The notes under the pieces: model-generated
What the model was told of the DNA's origin: nothing
Seen by the model: only the letters and a program-made list of their open reading frames with translations
Database searches by the model: none
Shown: one piece after another, positions 61,560 through 64,000 of the stretch
Layout of the letters: every line of letters begins with the position of its first letter
Numbering within the stretch: the stretch's first letter is position 1
NCBI GenBank assembly: GCA_965644295.1
Contig: CBFFRP010000182.1
Span: forward strand, 271,569 to 335,568
Length of the DNA: 64,000 nucleotides
Direction: 5' to 3'
Origin: Paraphysomonas bandaiensis
Lineage: Eukaryota > Protista > Chrysophyceae
Position numbers and translations under genes: made by a program

Positions 61560-63480
61560 AAGAGGAGAATTTAGCACACAGCATGTCAGATGTCATTTAT
61601 TTAGACAGCGGGTGCAACAAGATGATCCTCACCTCCACAAGCCACATGACCAACCTTCAGCACGCTGATAGGCAAATGTTCACAGCGAACAAAGGTAAAC
61701 TGTCAATACACATGTTCTCTTTACACCTGCTGCAGTATTTATTGCAAAAAGCATCAAAAACTCAACATAAATCGACATTTTCAAAATTTCACCAGGTTTA
61801 GAGCGCTTCTCCAGGTTTGTTCATCACATCGACGTGATGTAGGAAGCTTTAAAAAGGTGTACTACGCACCTGAAGCAAGTAAGAACCTCGTAGATATGAA
61901 GAGCATCACAGATAGGGGCTGTGTTGTGACGTTCGATAATGATGAAGTCGTCATTCGAAGTAAGACTACGAAGAACAAGACACTCATTAGACCGTGAAGT
62001 GTTAATGGATTATATCCAGTTCGACTCGAAGACTTACTTCAGCTTGGAGAAGAATCCTCAGCAGCACTTGAGGAGCAGGGATTTGATGATCAGCGAATTT
62101 TATGGCACAAAAGACTTGGCCATCATGTATTTTGTCAACTATGATAAACTGACTGAGTCCGACCGCCGAGGCCTAGTTGATGGAATAAATCTGGACAAGA
62201 AGTACTTCAGGAAAAAGCATAAAAAAACGATATGCAAATGTAATACCTGCATGCGATCGAAACTCACAAGAAAGAAATTCAGGACTCCACGCCAGTTGAT
62301 GAACTTAGACAACAACCCAAATGAGATGGGGTGCTCAGTGCAGATACGATGGAAGTCCTAAACACGCCATCGATGGAAGACTACAAACATGTGTTACTAT
62401 TCAAGCACAGTAATGCAAAACATGTATGGGCTTATGGCTTAAAAAACAAGACTGGGAGAGTGAAGTGTTAAAGTGTATGAAGGACATGGTAGAGACCCAA
62501 CTTGTCAAAGAAGGATTGCAACTACGACAATACCATCATGCAGATGGCGCAGGAGAATTTTAGTAGGGCAACATGTCAGGCAGTACTTACGTGAAACCAC
62601 CAGCACAAGGACTGTACAAGTTACTTGTGGACTCCACGTGACACACCCGAAATGAACTCGCTATCGGAACGCACTAATCGTACAGTGAAGGAGATGGCCC
62701 TTGCTATCTTGCTCAATAGTGGCATACCATAAGTATTTTGGTTCAAAGCAGTCTTGCATGCTGTATATCTGATCAACAGGTTACCTACGAAGACGACAAA
62801 AGGATTCATCTCACCTGTTGAGTATATTACTAGAACCGCACCAGATGTGAGTGGCTTGAAGATCTGGGGCTGCAAGGCATGGGCTATCGTGCCGAAGGAG
62901 CTGCGCCGCAAAGAGTGGAAAGAAAAGGGAAAGCCTGGATATATTATATGGGACAATGTCAACAACCTGTTGAACACCAAATATATATACTCCAGACCTG
63001 GATGCTATTATTGTTACAGTAATCGCCAAATTTGATGAGTCTATTCCAGAGCGTTCACAGGAGTATTTCGACGAAATAAATAATTTACAAATCGACACCT
63101 CAGAAACAGCAGAAAGTGTAAATGATTATCAGTACCTGGTGGGCCTCAGACATCTTGATGGACATCTGTATTATGTTACCACCAGAGTGATAGAGAGAAG
63201 AGGAGTCATTGTTGCATATAGGAAACTAGATACGGAAGGAAATACTACCGAGGAGCAAACTCCAATTCATATCAAAGATGTAGTAAAGATGACTCACTCT
63301 ACAAAGTGTCAGACCGACAAGTTTAATAGTTTGCGTGTGACCACGTGGCATCTCGCGTGCCTTACTTACGTGGCTATAGTGTTCTCCTAAGGGGCTACAA
63401 GACACTAGATAGACTAACTACCAAGAAAACACTCAGAGATAACAACAATTATTAGTTACCACAAAAGGAGAAATGACTAC

Positions 63481-63998
63481 TCACTTAAGGCGTAGCTTAC
63501 TCTTGCGGTGATACCACTCACCATAGTCAGCAATCAGCTCCTCACCTTCGGATATAGGTCTCAGAGTCTTCACCCAGACCACATCCAACCCAGACTCATC
63601 AACGCTAAACTCACAGTTGTAATCCATACCGGCAGCGAGGTCAGCATCATACAGAGTGTTTACGTACCGGCCATGATTAGGTGGGGCATGAAGCAAATTG
63701 CGAGCAGGCACTGGAGGTAGAAGTCCAATACGGCGGAACAAACCTCGGGTGCACATTCTGCGGAAGAACTGTAGAGATAAGGAACTACTTTGCAGAGCTT
63801 ACCAGACTTGTCTAAGACACCTTGAGGACATCGTGCAGCAATATCATGTGCACGGCGCTCTGCAGCATATTCTCGGATAGCCTTTCTCCGAGACTCCTCA
63901 TACCTTTGCAGGGAGGCTTTACCACGTCTTTTCTTGGATCTCTTCGCCTTAGACATACACTCTGAGCTTAAGGACGTGCAGGTGGCATGTTGCTGCAA
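63481..63998 (-). pseudogene. SET-domain (lysine methyltransferase-like) gene remnant, antisense to Copia-2
   Basis: 'NHGRYVN...YNCEF...VVWVKTLRPISEGEELIADYGEWY' is the C-terminal SET signature. A basic N-terminal ORF (MSKAKRSKKRRGK..., 63660-63998) lies in another frame; the N-terminal half of SET appears deleted. Confidence 0.7.
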
Positions 63999-64000
63999 GA

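Larger units (their letters stand above)
59766..64000 (+). mobile_element. Decayed Copia element (Copia-2): 5' LTR, gag, protease, integrase; RT and 3' LTR not seen in the window
   Basis: Candidate LTR tattaa...ttaata at 59766-59913, PBS-like tggaagcgg; gag with two Zn knuckles (CNKCKKFGH, CEICDIPGHQTRDC); 'IYLDSGCN'; 'CNTCMRSK'; integrase 'HADGAGE','NSLSERTNRT','INRLPTKTTKGFISP','KIWGCKA'; many frameshifts. Extent beyond ~63300 is uncertain. Confidence 0.85.

Noticed and set aside
63508-63720. + strand ORF over the SET remnant as proof of polyprotein read-through
   Set aside because: It is the exact in-register antisense frame, often open by chance, and stops flank it.
1-64000. tRNA/rRNA genes, alternative genetic code, non-canonical introns
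   Set aside because: None recognised; the introns checked are GT-AG and genes end in standard stops.

Overview
Eukaryotic nuclear DNA with the standard genetic code and short (~45-70 nt) GT-AG introns. The gene and transposon content suggests a stramenopile (inference). Host genes: THADA/Trm732-like (794-10192 +); a very large HSA / degenerate SNF2-ATPase / SANT protein of the p400-Eaf1-Swr1 family (12464-21796 -); an orphan ORF; a 2-RRM protein; a small ankyrin protein; a double-PqiA membrane protein; a GH20 beta-hexosaminidase; a 7-module calcyphosin-like EF-hand protein; and an intronless F-box + 15 'PPCPWD' ankyrin-like repeat protein. Transposon islands lie between them. They hold a young Copia with identical 258-bp LTRs and non-canonical TA..TT ends nested in a hAT element (8-bp TSD), two decayed Copia elements, three TSD-flanked non-LTR insertions sharing a tail-less 3' motif, a CRE-like relic and several MITEs. 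Best leads: (1) an antisense SET-domain gene remnant right after the integrase of the right-hand Copia, plus an unnamed integrase C-terminal domain conserved in two divergent Copia elements, which together may be a chromatin reader/writer system carried by a retrotransposon (the window ends before this can be confirmed); (2) a p400-like protein whose ATPase motifs appear dead; (3) an F-box ankyrin array variable at binding-surface positions; (4) a possible giant-virus helicase fragment. All family assignments come from motif recognition by eye; no searches were run.
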